Source: an uncultured Chitinophagaceae bacterium (lineage in GTDB: Bacteria > Bacteroidota > Bacteroidia > Chitinophagales > Chitinophagaceae). From it: a stretch of DNA of 64,000 bases. Below the pieces are notes generated by a model. It was not told the DNA's origin and did not search any database. It was given only the letters and a program-made list of their open reading frames with translations. Both the position numbers and the translations under genes were made by a program. Below, piece by piece: positions 1 through 10,913 of this stretch. Location of the stretch: NCBI GenBank assembly GCA_964580775.1, contig CAZOLW010000001.1:15021-79020 (forward strand), given 5' to 3'. The number at the start of each line of letters is the position of its first letter. Position 1 is the first letter of the stretch.

Positions 1-94
1 GTCCGCCGCCTTCATAAATTTTTTTCAATCTGTTTCTCACTTCATTCAGCGAAAGTTTCATCACATCTTCATTCTTATTGAATTGAACATCCAT
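1..94 (-). CDS. Acyl-CoA carboxylase beta subunit, N-terminal fragment (truncated by window edge)
   Basis: Manual minus-strand translation from ATG at 94 gives MDVQFNKNEDVMKLSLNEVRNRLKKIYEGGG, resembling the N-terminus of Bacteroidota carboxyl transferase subunits. Not in the ORF track. Confidence 0.65.
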   Translation of the reverse strand, partial: MDVQFNKNEDVMKLSLNEVRNRLKKIYEGGG

Positions 95-412
95 AAAGCA
101 TTTGTTTAATTTTCAGCAAAACGTTCCTGCAAGTTAAGAGCAAATTCCTGTAACCATGCAAAAATGGCAAATACCATTCAGCAGTGAAAGTGTTTATGCA
201 AAAAAAATAAATGTGCATTTTTTTTATCATAACTTAAGATGGCTGCCGGCGGTTAACAGGTTTCATTTGTATACGTTGAGCAACTGGAAAAAAAATTGAA
301 AAAAATATTTTATTTTCTTTGAATTGGCTGTTTAGTTATATACCTTACTAATGCTTCGCCCCCTATCTCAACTCTACCCTCCAACTTTTTTTCACATTTA
401 AACCAACCAGAC

Positions 413-1132
413 ATGAGAAAAATTTTTCTTCTCTGTTTACTTATTCCTGTAATTGGAATAAGCCAGCCAAAAAATGTTCTAAATGCCAACCGGGTATTCC
501 CCAAAGTTGACAAAGTTCTTGAGTTTGAAAAAGCATTGGCCACCCATGCACAAAAGTACCACACCGGAGATTGGCGATGGCGTGTATTTGAAATTTCATC
601 AGGTCCGGATGCAGGCGGGTACCATATTACAGAAGGCCCAACAAGTTGGGAAGCTCTTGATGGAAGAGGAAACCTCGGAACCGAACACAACAACGACTGG
701 AACAAAAGTGTAGCGATTCATTTAACAGACAGAGGCTCCAGCAGCTATGTGGTTTTCCAAGATTCACTCAGCTCTGTTGCAATCGGTGATTATTCAGATA
801 AAATTAATATCACCCATTATTTTCCAAAACCAGGCTATGCAGGAAAAGTTTATGCAGGAATAAGAAACTTCAGAAAAGTTTGGCAGGCTGGTGGCGAATC
901 AGTAGCTGTTTATACTTCAAGCTCATCAGGTCCGGCTCAAATTACTGTAGTTACCCGATACAAACAGGGGCTTAAAGAAAGAACAATGAATTTCCGGAAA
1001 CCGGTTAAAGAACGTTATGAAGCTATTCATGGGTCTGATTCATGGGATGAGTGGATAGAAATTCAACGAAACTATCTTGACAATGTATGGTCTGAAATAC
1101 TGATGTTAAGATCAGACCTGAGTTCAAAATAA
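413..1132 (+). CDS. Secreted hypothetical protein
   Basis: 239-aa ORF with signal-peptide-like N-terminus (MRKIFLLCLLIPVIGISQ); no family recognised. Confidence 0.75.
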   Translation: MRKIFLLCLLIPVIGISQPKNVLNANRVFPKVDKVLEFEKALATHAQKYHTGDWRWRVFEISSGPDAGGYHITEGPTSWEALDGRGNLGTEHNNDWNKSVAIHLTDRGSSSYVVFQDSLSSVAIGDYSDKINITHYFPKPGYAGKVYAGIRNFRKVWQAGGESVAVYTSSSSGPAQITVVTRYKQGLKERTMNFRKPVKERYEAIHGSDSWDEWIEIQRNYLDNVWSEILMLRSDLSSK

Positions 1133-1169
1133 AACATTGATCTGTTTGTTCAAACAGGTTATACAACAA

Positions 1170-1195
1170 AAGCCCTCTGAACTTTCAGAGGGCTT
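1170..1195. terminator. Bidirectional intrinsic terminator
   Basis: AAGCCCTCTGAA-CT-TTCAGAGGGCTT hairpin between convergent genes. Confidence 0.75.
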
Positions 1196-1221
1196 CTTCT
1201 ATCTTCTAACTTCTTTTCTAT

Positions 1222-2400
1222 TTACACATTTTCAATCACCATTGCACTTGCCCCGCCGCCACCATTGCAAATTCCTGCTGCACCATATTTGGCATTATTT
1301 GCTTTTAATACATTGATGAGTGTAACAATAATTCTTGCTCCACTGCATCCCAATGCATGACCTAAGGATACGGCACCACCGTGTACATTTACTTTAGCAG
1401 GATCCAGTTTCATTCGTCTGCTGTTTTCAATTCCAACAACGGCAAATGCTTCATTCAGTTCCCAGTAAGAAATGTCTTCCATTTTCAATCCGGCTTTGGC
1501 AACTGCTTTTGGCACAGCTATAGATGGAGTTGTGGTAAACCATTCAGGTGCCTGCTCAGCATCGGCATAAGAAAGAATTTTGGCAATGGGCTTTAATCCC
1601 AGTTCATCTGCTTTTTCTTTACTCATTAATACCAGTGCAGCAGCACCATCATTCATGGTACTGGCATTAGCGGCTGTCACCGTTCCGTCTTTGATAAATG
1701 CAGGATTTAATGTGGCAATTTTATCAAACTTTACATTGTAAGGCTCTTCATCTTTCGCAAATACAACCGGCTCACCTTTACGTTGCGGAATTTCTACCGG
1801 CACAATTTCATTATCAAATAACCCTTTTTCCCAGGCGGCCTGTGAGCGTTTATAACTGTCAATTGCAAATGCATCCTGCTCTTCACGGCTGATACCACAT
1901 TCCTTTGCACATAATTCTGCTGCATTCCCCATGGCCTTACCATCATACACATCCGTTAATCCATCTTTAGCCAATCCATCGATTAAACCGGTATTTCCGT
2001 ATTTATTTCCCCAACGCAAACTGTCAACATAAAACGGAACATTACTCATGCTTTCCATACCACCTGCAATCACAATATCAGCATCGCCCAGCAAAATACT
2101 TTGCGTGGCCTGTGCAATTGCTTTCATTCCACTGGCACAAACTTTATTTACTGTTGTGCAATTCACTTCATTGGGAAGTCCGGCAAATTTTGCAGCCTGT
2201 CGTGCTGGTGCCTGTCCCAGATTGGCCTGTATTACACAACCCATTAATACATCCTGAACCTGTTCAGGTTTGATGCCCGCTTTTTGCAAAGCCCCTTTTA
2301 TAGCCGCAGCTCCTAATTGAGTGGCTGATACATTTTTTAAACTTCCGCCAAAACTACCCATGGGCGTACGAACGGCCGAAATAACATACACTTCTTTCAT
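1222..2400 (-). CDS. Acetyl-CoA C-acyltransferase (thiolase)
   Basis: NKVCASGMKA, NEAFA, GHALGCSGARI and CNGGGGASA thiolase motifs; start placed at MKEVYV (2400). Confidence 0.95.
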   Translation of the reverse strand: MKEVYVISAVRTPMGSFGGSLKNVSATQLGAAAIKGALQKAGIKPEQVQDVLMGCVIQANLGQAPARQAAKFAGLPNEVNCTTVNKVCASGMKAIAQATQSILLGDADIVIAGGMESMSNVPFYVDSLRWGNKYGNTGLIDGLAKDGLTDVYDGKAMGNAAELCAKECGISREEQDAFAIDSYKRSQAAWEKGLFDNEIVPVEIPQRKGEPVVFAKDEEPYNVKFDKIATLNPAFIKDGTVTAANASTMNDGAAALVLMSKEKADELGLKPIAKILSYADAEQAPEWFTTTPSIAVPKAVAKAGLKMEDISYWELNEAFAVVGIENSRRMKLDPAKVNVHGGAVSLGHALGCSGARIIVTLINVLKANNAKYGAAGICNGGGGASAMVIENV

Positions 2401-2805
2401 ATTGCAATATCGTTGTTGATTGAATTCCAAAGGTAACCTAAAACTACCTCCCGTACCAGCACACAAACTTGTAAACGGCTGAAAAATACAGGTGAATGAA
2501 AAACAAATAATGAATCGGTCGACAAAACGATATCATTCCAGACTGGGTATACAATAAAACAACCTTCAGCTGGCAACCTCTTCTATTGACAACAGCCCGG
2601 CACAAACTAATTATTCAGTCATCAACTATTGCGTTTATAAATAATATGTCAATACAAATCTCCCTGTTATTTTGTATTTGCTTAATCAAACTGCTTTATT
2701 CATTGGCATTTCCTGAAACAAAGATTATGAGTCTAATCATTTCCACTCATGATCTTACTCATATTGCCCTTATTTAAAAATTGCAATTTTGTGGCCCATT
2801 ATTCT

Positions 2806-4122
2806 ATGCAGCAGCAAAATCTTATCAGCAAACGGCTTCTTTCAATTGCAGTTACTCCTGCAGCCAAGCTTACTTATGTGTACCTTATCCTGAGCATAAC
2901 CTGGATCCTGCTTGGCGATTGGGCTGTTTACAAATTTGCAAGTAATGATCATAACATGCTTGAGAAATTACAGTCTTCAAAAGGATTGCTGTTTGTAGGA
3001 ATTTCTGCCACTATTTTATACCTCTTAAGCAATAAGTTTTATACCGACCTGAAAATAAGCCATCACAAAAACGAAATGATGGAACAGAGCTTTGCAGCAC
3101 TGAATGAAGCAGCACGCAGCGGTATTATTGATCTTAACCTGGTAACGGATATAGCAGCCATTAATGAAAAGATGAAATTTTTTCTCCCATCCTCTTCTGC
3201 AATGGTTGGCAATTTTATGAGCCGGTATTATGAACGTATTCATCCCAACGACAGAGAAAGGGTAAAACAGGAATTTACAGACATTTTAACTTCCCGTAAT
3301 GATATCTGGAAAACGGAATACAGTCTTCTTGCAGGCGATAATAAATATTACGACGTTGTAAACAGCATCTATATTGTACATGATAAAGAAACAGGGCAGG
3401 CCATTCAGCTGATTGGTGAAATACAGGACATCACTAAGCTAAAAAACCTGCAGGCCGATTATTATGATCAGCAACTGAAACATAAACAACGACTTGCATC
3501 CTCCATCATCAAAGCACAGGAAAATGAACGGAACCGCTGGGCAGAGGAATTGCATGACAATGTATCACAGCTTCTTTCAGTGGCCAATCTTTATCTTTCC
3601 AGTATTCAATTGAAACAGGAAGAAAATATTTCGCTCCTTACCAAAGCCAGGGAAATGGTAACAGAAGCACAGCAGGAAATCCGTTTGCTTTCATCCAGCA
3701 TTAAGCCGCCGGTTTTTTCTTATATGACATTAAACCAGGCACTCGATAAATTGATTGCCGACATCATCAGGGTAAAAAAAATCGGTTTTCACCTGAATAC
3801 AACGTACCTCGATGAGAATGAGCTGGACGATCAGCATAAATTACTGATTTACCGGGTTATTCAGGAACAACTGAATAATATTATCAAATACGCCGACGCC
3901 GGTCATATTGATATTACCATTTCAACCAGGAACAATAATGTTCACATCCGCATTTCGGATGACGGAAAAGGGTTTGATACAAAGCAGATTCAAACCGGCC
4001 TTGGCCTGCGAAATATCCAAACACGTTTGCAATTGTACAAAGGCCAGATGAACATTGACTCTTCGCCCGGCAACGGTTGTAAATTATCCGTATCATTCTC
4101 TGCCGGCCTGGTTATGAATTAA
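2806..4122 (+). CDS. Membrane sensor histidine kinase (PAS + HisKA_3 + HATPase, NarX/UhpB type)
   Basis: Two N-terminal TM segments, PAS-like region, ERNRWAEELHDNVSQ H-box, DDGKGFD and GLGL boxes. Confidence 0.9.
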   Translation: MQQQNLISKRLLSIAVTPAAKLTYVYLILSITWILLGDWAVYKFASNDHNMLEKLQSSKGLLFVGISATILYLLSNKFYTDLKISHHKNEMMEQSFAALNEAARSGIIDLNLVTDIAAINEKMKFFLPSSSAMVGNFMSRYYERIHPNDRERVKQEFTDILTSRNDIWKTEYSLLAGDNKYYDVVNSIYIVHDKETGQAIQLIGEIQDITKLKNLQADYYDQQLKHKQRLASSIIKAQENERNRWAEELHDNVSQLLSVANLYLSSIQLKQEENISLLTKAREMVTEAQQEIRLLSSSIKPPVFSYMTLNQALDKLIADIIRVKKIGFHLNTTYLDENELDDQHKLLIYRVIQEQLNNIIKYADAGHIDITISTRNNNVHIRISDDGKGFDTKQIQTGLGLRNIQTRLQLYKGQMNIDSSPGNGCKLSVSFSAGLVMN

Positions 4123-4160
4123 CCGATACATTCAGCTGCAGTTCTTTTTTGTATCTGAAA

Positions 4161-4517
4161 CTATTTTACCTTTTTCAATGCCACCCATGTCCATGCAGCT
4201 CCTAAAAGATCAATAGCACCAAATAAAATAATCATTGGCGACACATAATCCAGCAATGCAAAAGAAAAAAATGCAAGGAAGACAAACCCTCTTGTTGGAA
4301 TAGTGTGCCTGAAAAAAGCATGAATATTCTCTGCTCCGGCACGATGATAATAATAGCCGATGGCAAAAGCAAGCACGCCAACAACCCTGATCCATACTTC
4401 ATTCGTTTCTGGTAATTTCAGGGTCATTAATAAAAAATTGGGTGCAGCAATCAATGTAATTCCTACGATATACAGGTAAAAACCGAAATAATAAACAGAT
4501 TTGGCAGCAGCTGTCAT
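4161..4517 (-). CDS. Small membrane protein
   Basis: Four hydrophobic segments; start placed at MTAAAK. Confidence 0.7.
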   Translation of the reverse strand: MTAAAKSVYYFGFYLYIVGITLIAAPNFLLMTLKLPETNEVWIRVVGVLAFAIGYYYHRAGAENIHAFFRHTIPTRGFVFLAFFSFALLDYVSPMIILFGAIDLLGAAWTWVALKKVK

Positions 4518-4639
4518 GGTGGTTGGTTTTGGTGAGTTAAACAATGTTTTATGATCAAGATATTGATTAAAAATCGTTACTGCAAGGCGTTTCAGGGTGA
4601 AAACCGCCTGTCGGGCGAAACTTGTTTACCTTCGCCGCT

Positions 4640-5968
4640 ATGCAACAGAATACAGAATGGCTGGAAGAAGTGTTAGCTAACGTTAAAATCAAGGCCCTCA
4701 ACGAAATGCAGCTGGCCTCAATGGAAGCTCATTCCGCAAAAAACGACATCATTTTATTATCAGCTACCGGCTCGGGTAAAACCCTGGCTTTTTTGATACC
4801 GCTTGTTTCTATGTTACAGGCCGATCCGTCAAAAACAAAGGCCATCATTATTGTTCCGTCCCGTGAACTGGCCATGCAGATTGAACATGTGTTTAAAAGC
4901 ATGGGCTTGAACCTGAAAGTTTCCTGCTGCTATGGTGGTCATAAAAGAGAGATTGAAGAAAATAATTTAAAACAGGCTCCTGCCCTTTTGATTGGAACAC
5001 CCGGCCGTTTGGCTGATCATATCCGCAGAGGAAATATTTCAACTGCTACAATTGAAACATTGGTACTGGATGAATTTGATAAATCATTAGAACTCGGTTT
5101 CCAGGAAGAAATGTCATTCATCATTGGTTCATTACCTGCTATCAATAAAAGAGTACTCACTTCTGCAACAGAAATGGAAGAGATTCCTGATTTTGTTGGA
5201 TTGAATGAACCGGCGAAGCTTGATTTTTTAACCGGTACCGAAGATGCAGATACAGGCTTGGCGATTAAAACATTATTGAGCCCTGATAAAGATAAACTGG
5301 ATACTTTGTTTCGCTTGATCTGTATGTTGGGCAACCGTTCTACAATCGTTTTCTGTAATCACCGTGAATCGGTTGAACGCACCAGTGTACTCTTAAAAGA
5401 AAAAGACATTCTGAATGTTTTCTATCATGGCGCTATGGAGCAGCAGGAACGTGATGCTGCCTTGTGCAAATTCAGAAACGGAACATCAAACGTATTGGTA
5501 ACAACTGACCTGGCAGCAAGAGGTTTGGATATTGCACATATCCGTTACATTATTCATTATCATTTGCCGCATACAGAAGATATGTTCACTCACCGTAATG
5601 GCAGAACAGCCAGGATGGATGCAAGCGGAACAGCTATTTTAATATTAGGACCTGATGAAAAAATGCCGGCCTATATTCCAAAAGATGCTGAACCGATTGA
5701 ATTACCTGAAACAGCCATCATACCGGAGAAACCAAAATGGAGTACACTGTTTATTGCTGCAGGTAAAAAAGACAAGGTAAACAAGATTGATATTGTTGGC
5801 TTTTTGACCAACAAAGGAGAATTGAAAAAAGAAGATATTGGATTGATTGAGGTAAAAGACTTCTTCTCTTTTGTTGCCATTAAGAAAATTAAAGCAAGCA
5901 ATACACTGCAAAAAATTAAAGAACAGAAGATCAAGAATAAAAAAGTGAAGATTGCTGTGGCGAAATAA
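4640..5968 (+). CDS. dbpA: DEAD-box RNA helicase with C-terminal DbpA RNA-binding domain
   Basis: TGSGKT, DEFD (DEAD variant), SAT, ARGLD and HRNGRTAR motifs; C-terminal GKKDKV...IGLIEV domain. Confidence 0.85.
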   Translation: MQQNTEWLEEVLANVKIKALNEMQLASMEAHSAKNDIILLSATGSGKTLAFLIPLVSMLQADPSKTKAIIIVPSRELAMQIEHVFKSMGLNLKVSCCYGGHKREIEENNLKQAPALLIGTPGRLADHIRRGNISTATIETLVLDEFDKSLELGFQEEMSFIIGSLPAINKRVLTSATEMEEIPDFVGLNEPAKLDFLTGTEDADTGLAIKTLLSPDKDKLDTLFRLICMLGNRSTIVFCNHRESVERTSVLLKEKDILNVFYHGAMEQQERDAALCKFRNGTSNVLVTTDLAARGLDIAHIRYIIHYHLPHTEDMFTHRNGRTARMDASGTAILILGPDEKMPAYIPKDAEPIELPETAIIPEKPKWSTLFIAAGKKDKVNKIDIVGFLTNKGELKKEDIGLIEVKDFFSFVAIKKIKASNTLQKIKEQKIKNKKVKIAVAK

Positions 5969-6024
5969 ACCCTGTTTCAAGCCCATTCAGTCAAACACTT
6001 TATTCGCTGGCAACTTAATATGTA

Positions 6025-7002
6025 ATGGAAACAACGCATTATCCCATCATTATCATTGGAGGCGGACCAATTGGACTGGCCTGTGCAATTGAAGCAAAGA
6101 AAGCAGGCATTCCCTATCTCATACTTGAAAAAGGATGCCTGGTTAATTCAATTTATCACTACCCTTCCAACATGACTTTTTTTTCCACTTCTGAACGGCT
6201 TGAAATTGGTGATGTTCCTTTTGTGAGTAACAATCCCAAACCAACAAGATCGGAAGCACTGGAATATTACCGGAGAGTTGCTGATACATTCAAACTCAAC
6301 ATTCATTTGTTTGAAGAAGTATTGCAGACAGAAAAAACAACAGCAGGTTTTACTATCGTTACTTCAAAAAATAAGTACACAGCACGGTACATTGTTATCG
6401 CTTCGGGTTTTTATGATATCCCGTATTTGTTAAATGTACCCGGTGAAGATTTGGCCAAGGTTACACACTATTACAAAGACCCTCATTTCTACGCTTTTCA
6501 AAAAGTGCTGGTGGTTGGTGCAAATAATTCAGCTGTTGATGCAGCCCTGGAAACCTGGAGAAAAGGCGCTGATGTATCAATGGTGATCCGTGACAAAGAA
6601 ATTGGTGAACGTGTAAAATACTGGGCAAGGCCCGACATTGTGAACCGCATCAGTGAGGGTTCCATCAAAGCATATTTTGAATCAACAGTAGTTGAAATAA
6701 GAGAACAGGAAGTGGATATACAAACACCTGATGGAATTATTACACTGCCGAATGATTGGGTAATTGCTGCTACAGGCTATCAACCCAATCTTGATTTTCT
6801 GCAACGAATCGGCATTCTGCTATCGGATGACGAAGTAAGAAAACCAAGCTATGATGAACAGACGCATGAAACCAATGTAAAGAATGTATTTCTTGCAGGT
6901 GTTATTTGCGGAGGGATGAATACACATCGTTTGTTTATTGAAAATTCAAGAGAACATGCGCTGCATATTATTCACTCAATAAAAAAACGACAGATAGCAT
7001 AA
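6025..7002 (+). CDS. ypdA: YpdA-family putative bacillithiol disulfide reductase
   Basis: GGGPIG FAD motif, FFSTSERLEIG, HYYKDPH, GANNSA and FIENSREH, typical of YpdA. Confidence 0.85.
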   Translation: METTHYPIIIIGGGPIGLACAIEAKKAGIPYLILEKGCLVNSIYHYPSNMTFFSTSERLEIGDVPFVSNNPKPTRSEALEYYRRVADTFKLNIHLFEEVLQTEKTTAGFTIVTSKNKYTARYIVIASGFYDIPYLLNVPGEDLAKVTHYYKDPHFYAFQKVLVVGANNSAVDAALETWRKGADVSMVIRDKEIGERVKYWARPDIVNRISEGSIKAYFESTVVEIREQEVDIQTPDGIITLPNDWVIAATGYQPNLDFLQRIGILLSDDEVRKPSYDEQTHETNVKNVFLAGVICGGMNTHRLFIENSREHALHIIHSIKKRQIA

Positions 7003-7028
7003 GTGCTTTTCGCCTCAACATAAATAAT

Positions 7029-8213
7029 ATGAATTTATATACAACCAGTTCCACCATCACCATCACCTGTCACAAACGTGTTGCAATCTATCTTGAAAAA
7101 GAAGTACTGGAACTTGGCTTTACAGTTGATGAAACCTTTATTACCGGTGTAAAAATTACAGGAACCATTAACGATTGTATTAAACTCAATCTCAATCTGC
7201 GTTGTGCCAGCCAGGTACTGTACAGCCTCAAACAATTTGAAGCAGAAAATGCTGATGATATTTACAACAATCTCCATAATTATCAATGGGAAAATATTTT
7301 ACCCGATCCCGGATATTTTTCTGTTACAAGTAATGTAAACAACCCAACCATCAACAACAGTATGTTTGCCAACCTTCGGGTGAAAGATGCCATTGTTGAC
7401 CGCCTTCGTGACAAAAGAGGAACCCGTCCGTCAACAGGATCTGAATTAACCGGAACGGTAATTCATTTATTCTGGAAGAATGAAAACGCAGAAATTTTTA
7501 TTGATACTTCAGGCGATTCACTGGCAAGACATGGTTACCGAAAAATTCCAGGCCTTGCTCCCATGCTGGAAGGATTGGCTTCAGCAACTATTTATGCAAC
7601 CTGTTGGGATCGTGTTTCACCCTTTATCAATCCCATGTGCGGATCAGGAACCATTGCCATTGAAGCTGCATTAATTGCTACCAACAGAAGACCGGGTTTG
7701 TACAGAACGAATTATGCGTTCATGCATTTGCAGGGATATGATGAATCGGTTTACAGAAAAGAAGATGCGCTACTGGAAGAACAGATCATTGATGTTCCCG
7801 GTCTCAGAATTATTGCAACAGATTATGATTTAAAAGCTATTGAAAATTCAAAGAAAAATGCAATAGCAGCGGGTGTGCACAAGCTGATTGAATTTGCCGT
7901 TTGTGATTTTGCAGATACAGAAGTTCCTGCTGAAGGGAAAGGAATCATGATGGTAAATCCTGAATACGGTGAACGACTGGGTGATATTTCAGAACTGGAA
8001 GAAACCTACAGCCGTATTGGTGATTTCATGAAAAAAAAATGCGGTGGATATTTTGGCTATGTGTTCACCGGCAATCTTGAACTGGCTAAAAAAATAGGAT
8101 TGAAAGCTAAACGAAGGATAGAGTTTTATAACAGCACCATTGATTGCCGTTTGTTTGAATATGAATTGTATTCGGGTACAAGAAGAACTGAAATAAAACC
8201 TTCAGCAGAATAA
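7029..8213 (+). CDS. THUMP-domain class I SAM-dependent RNA methyltransferase (RlmL-like)
   Basis: DTSGDSLARHGYR, NPMCGSGT and NPEYGERL motifs. Confidence 0.9.
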   Translation: MNLYTTSSTITITCHKRVAIYLEKEVLELGFTVDETFITGVKITGTINDCIKLNLNLRCASQVLYSLKQFEAENADDIYNNLHNYQWENILPDPGYFSVTSNVNNPTINNSMFANLRVKDAIVDRLRDKRGTRPSTGSELTGTVIHLFWKNENAEIFIDTSGDSLARHGYRKIPGLAPMLEGLASATIYATCWDRVSPFINPMCGSGTIAIEAALIATNRRPGLYRTNYAFMHLQGYDESVYRKEDALLEEQIIDVPGLRIIATDYDLKAIENSKKNAIAAGVHKLIEFAVCDFADTEVPAEGKGIMMVNPEYGERLGDISELEETYSRIGDFMKKKCGGYFGYVFTGNLELAKKIGLKAKRRIEFYNSTIDCRLFEYELYSGTRRTEIKPSAE

Positions 8214-8248
8214 GAATAACCGCAGGGTTTCCTCCAACTGATTTTTAC

Positions 8249-8260
8249 TGATATATATCA
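8249..8260. promoter_or_regulatory. Crp/Fnr-like palindromic box
   Basis: Perfect palindrome TGATATATATCA, about 30 bp before TACTTTTG (-7-like, 8284-8291), upstream of the DUF2202 gene. Confidence 0.45.
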
Positions 8261-8348
8261 TACCGAAATTGTGATTGCCTGTTTACTTTTGCAACATAAG
8301 TCACATTAATTGATTTACTGTTGAATGTACTTTGCCAAAACAAGCGCA

Positions 8349-8987
8349 ATGAAACACAAACAGAAAATAACTGCCCTTCTTATTGGCAGTTTACTCTCAC
8401 TCCATTTACTTGGCAGCGGCAAAACAACTATTTCTTCCGATACCAGCATCACTGCTTTTGAAAAACAAAGTCTCTCTTTTATGCGTGAAGAAGAAAAGCT
8501 GGCTTATGATGTATACACGCTGATGTACAGCAAGTGGTCATTAATGCCGTTTCAAAATATCAGCAACAGCGAATCCAATCATATGGCGGCCGTAAAAACA
8601 TTGCTCGACAGGTATGAATTAAAAGACCCTGCACAAACAAGTGGTGTATTTGTAAACACAACATTGCAGCAGCTTTATCAAACACTTATTACACAGGGAA
8701 ACAGCGGTGAAATTGAAGCCTTGCAGGTTGGTGCTGCCATTGAAGAAATTGATATCCGTGATTTAAAGGAACAGCTTTTACAAATAAAGAAAGAAGATAT
8801 ACGCATTGTTTACGGAAACCTGATGCGGGGTTCAAGAAACCACCTGCGTGCTTTTGTTTCCAATCTTTCCATGCGGGGAATTACTTACAAACCTCAATAC
8901 CTGGGTCAGCAGGAATTTGATGAAATCATCAACAGTCCGAAAGAACGTGGAGGCATGAACGGAGGAAGAAACAATCAGAATCAATAA
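8349..8987 (+). CDS. DUF2202 ferritin-like domain protein
   Basis: MREEEKLAYDVY, SESNHM, IEEIDIRDL and GSRNHLRAF motifs. Confidence 0.85.
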   Translation: MKHKQKITALLIGSLLSLHLLGSGKTTISSDTSITAFEKQSLSFMREEEKLAYDVYTLMYSKWSLMPFQNISNSESNHMAAVKTLLDRYELKDPAQTSGVFVNTTLQQLYQTLITQGNSGEIEALQVGAAIEEIDIRDLKEQLLQIKKEDIRIVYGNLMRGSRNHLRAFVSNLSMRGITYKPQYLGQQEFDEIINSPKERGGMNGGRNNQNQ

Positions 8988-9063
8988 AATGTGTGACAGC
9001 ACTCATTGTTTTTCTGCATCCTGATAATTTACCTTTCATAAATCATTTATTCAAACAAACATT

Positions 9064-9771
9064 ATGACAACACAAACAGAAGGCATACAAATTTCAATGC
9101 CAAGAATTGGAGATGCTGCTCCATCATTCAAAGCAATTACAACACAAGGACCAATTCATTTTCCAGATGATTACAAAGGCAAATGGGTGATCTTCTTCAG
9201 CCATCCTGCCGATTTTACACCGGTTTGCACATCAGAGTTTATGACTTTTGCAAAACTGGAACCTGAATTTGCGAAACTCAATACGCAACTGGTTGGTTTA
9301 AGTGTTGATGGACTGTACAGCCATATTGCCTGGCTGCGAACCATCAAAGAAAAAATCGAGTTCAGGGACATGAAAAATATTGAAGTAAAATTCCCGCTCA
9401 TTGAAGACATCAGTATGGAAGTTGCAAAGATGTACGGTATGATTCAGCCAAACGAAAGCACAACCAAGGCTGTAAGAGCGGTATTCTTTATTGATCCCGC
9501 AGGTACCATCCGTGCAATGATCTACTATCCGCTTTCATTAGGTAGAAACTTTGATGAACTGAAGCGTGTAATTATTGGATTGCAGACTGCTGATAAACAT
9601 GCTGTGGCACTTCCTGCCGATTGGGAACCCGGTGAAGACGTCATTATTCCTCCTGCCAACAGCTGCGGTGTAGCAGCCGACCGAATGGCTGGCAAAGATG
9701 AAAACGTTTACTGCAAAGACTGGTTCTTCTGCATGAAACCATTACCAATTGAAGAGCTGGAGCTAAACTGA
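9064..9771 (+). CDS. Peroxiredoxin (Prx6-type)
   Basis: FSHPADFTPVCTSE active site; ALPADW C-terminal motif. Confidence 0.92.
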   Translation: MTTQTEGIQISMPRIGDAAPSFKAITTQGPIHFPDDYKGKWVIFFSHPADFTPVCTSEFMTFAKLEPEFAKLNTQLVGLSVDGLYSHIAWLRTIKEKIEFRDMKNIEVKFPLIEDISMEVAKMYGMIQPNESTTKAVRAVFFIDPAGTIRAMIYYPLSLGRNFDELKRVIIGLQTADKHAVALPADWEPGEDVIIPPANSCGVAADRMAGKDENVYCKDWFFCMKPLPIEELELN

Positions 9772-9805
9772 GCAGATCATTTAACATCCGCTGTATTCAA
9801 AACAT

Positions 9806-9834
9806 AAAGAATCCCCAACCGGGATTCTTTTTTT
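9806..9834 (+). terminator. Intrinsic terminator
   Basis: AAAGAATCCC-CAACC-GGGATTCTTT followed by a T run. Confidence 0.75.
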
Positions 9835-9874
9835 GTCAACCCCTTCTTCATGCAGTATATTGCCGCTGCAAAAA

Positions 9875-10714
9875 ATGTCATTATACATCACATCCCTGAA
9901 TTCGGGCAGTAACGGAAACTGCTACTATATCGGCAACGACCGGGAAGCCGTGCTCATTGATGCAGGCATCAGTTGCAGGGAAACAGAGATCAGGATGAAG
10001 CGGTTGGGTTTGGCGATGGAAAAAGTGAAGGCTGTTTTTATTTCACATGAACATAGCGATCATATTAATGGAGTGATCGTTTTATCAAAAAAACACCAGA
10101 TCCCGGTTTACATAACAGAAGCCACTCATAAGAAGGCAAGAATAAAATTGGAAAAACACCTCATCAACCGGTTTAAAGCAGATGAACCCGTACAGATAGG
10201 TGACTTAACTGTTACAGCTTTTCAGAAATGTCATGATGCACATGATCCGCATAGCTTTACCGTTTCTTCCTCAAAAGTAACAGTGGGCATTTTTACTGAT
10301 CTTGGTATTGCCTGCAAAAACCTGGTTCATCATTTTCAACAATGCCATGCGGCTTTTCTGGAAGCCAATTACGATGTGGATATGCTGGAAAACGGGAACT
10401 ACCCATTTATATTAAAGAAACGTATTACCAACGGACAGGGTCACCTGTCGAATATTCAGGCGCTGGAATTATTCAACACACACAGGCCGAAATTCATGAG
10501 TCATCTCATTCTGTCGCATTTATCAAAAAACAATAATAAGCCGGAGCTGGTAGATGAACTCTTTAGAAAACATGCAGACGGCACTGAAATTATTGTTGCT
10601 TCCCGTTATGAAGAATCCCCTGTTTTCAAAATAGAAAACGTAAATGGAGTACCGCAACTGAAACCGACGATACAAAAAAAGAAAGCAAATCAGCAGCAGC
10701 TATCCCTTTTTTGA
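9875..10714 (+). CDS. MBL-fold metallo-hydrolase (YycJ/WalJ-like)
   Basis: SGSNGNC, HEHSDH, EANYD, GHLSN and HLSKNNN motifs. Confidence 0.9.
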   Translation: MSLYITSLNSGSNGNCYYIGNDREAVLIDAGISCRETEIRMKRLGLAMEKVKAVFISHEHSDHINGVIVLSKKHQIPVYITEATHKKARIKLEKHLINRFKADEPVQIGDLTVTAFQKCHDAHDPHSFTVSSSKVTVGIFTDLGIACKNLVHHFQQCHAAFLEANYDVDMLENGNYPFILKKRITNGQGHLSNIQALELFNTHRPKFMSHLILSHLSKNNNKPELVDELFRKHADGTEIIVASRYEESPVFKIENVNGVPQLKPTIQKKKANQQQLSLF

Positions 10715-10913
10715 TTTTATCCTGTTTCGTTTACAAAACAATTCTTACATATTTTCTTCCTTTCAGAAAAAAGTATATCTTACTGAAGTCAATTAATTCC
10801 ACCCTCTGTATTTCCCTTTGAATTCTTTACTCATTACCCCTTAAGAACTAACACTCAGATGCTTGTTCAAAACAACAGGCTGCTGTTTTATTCACACACA
10901 AACCAATCGTAAC

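Noticed and set aside
2806-4122. Linking the orphan NarX-like kinase to the 42-64 kb phosphorelay
   Set aside because: It is 40 kb away, lacks the operator motif, and belongs to a kinase class that normally pairs with NarL-type regulators.
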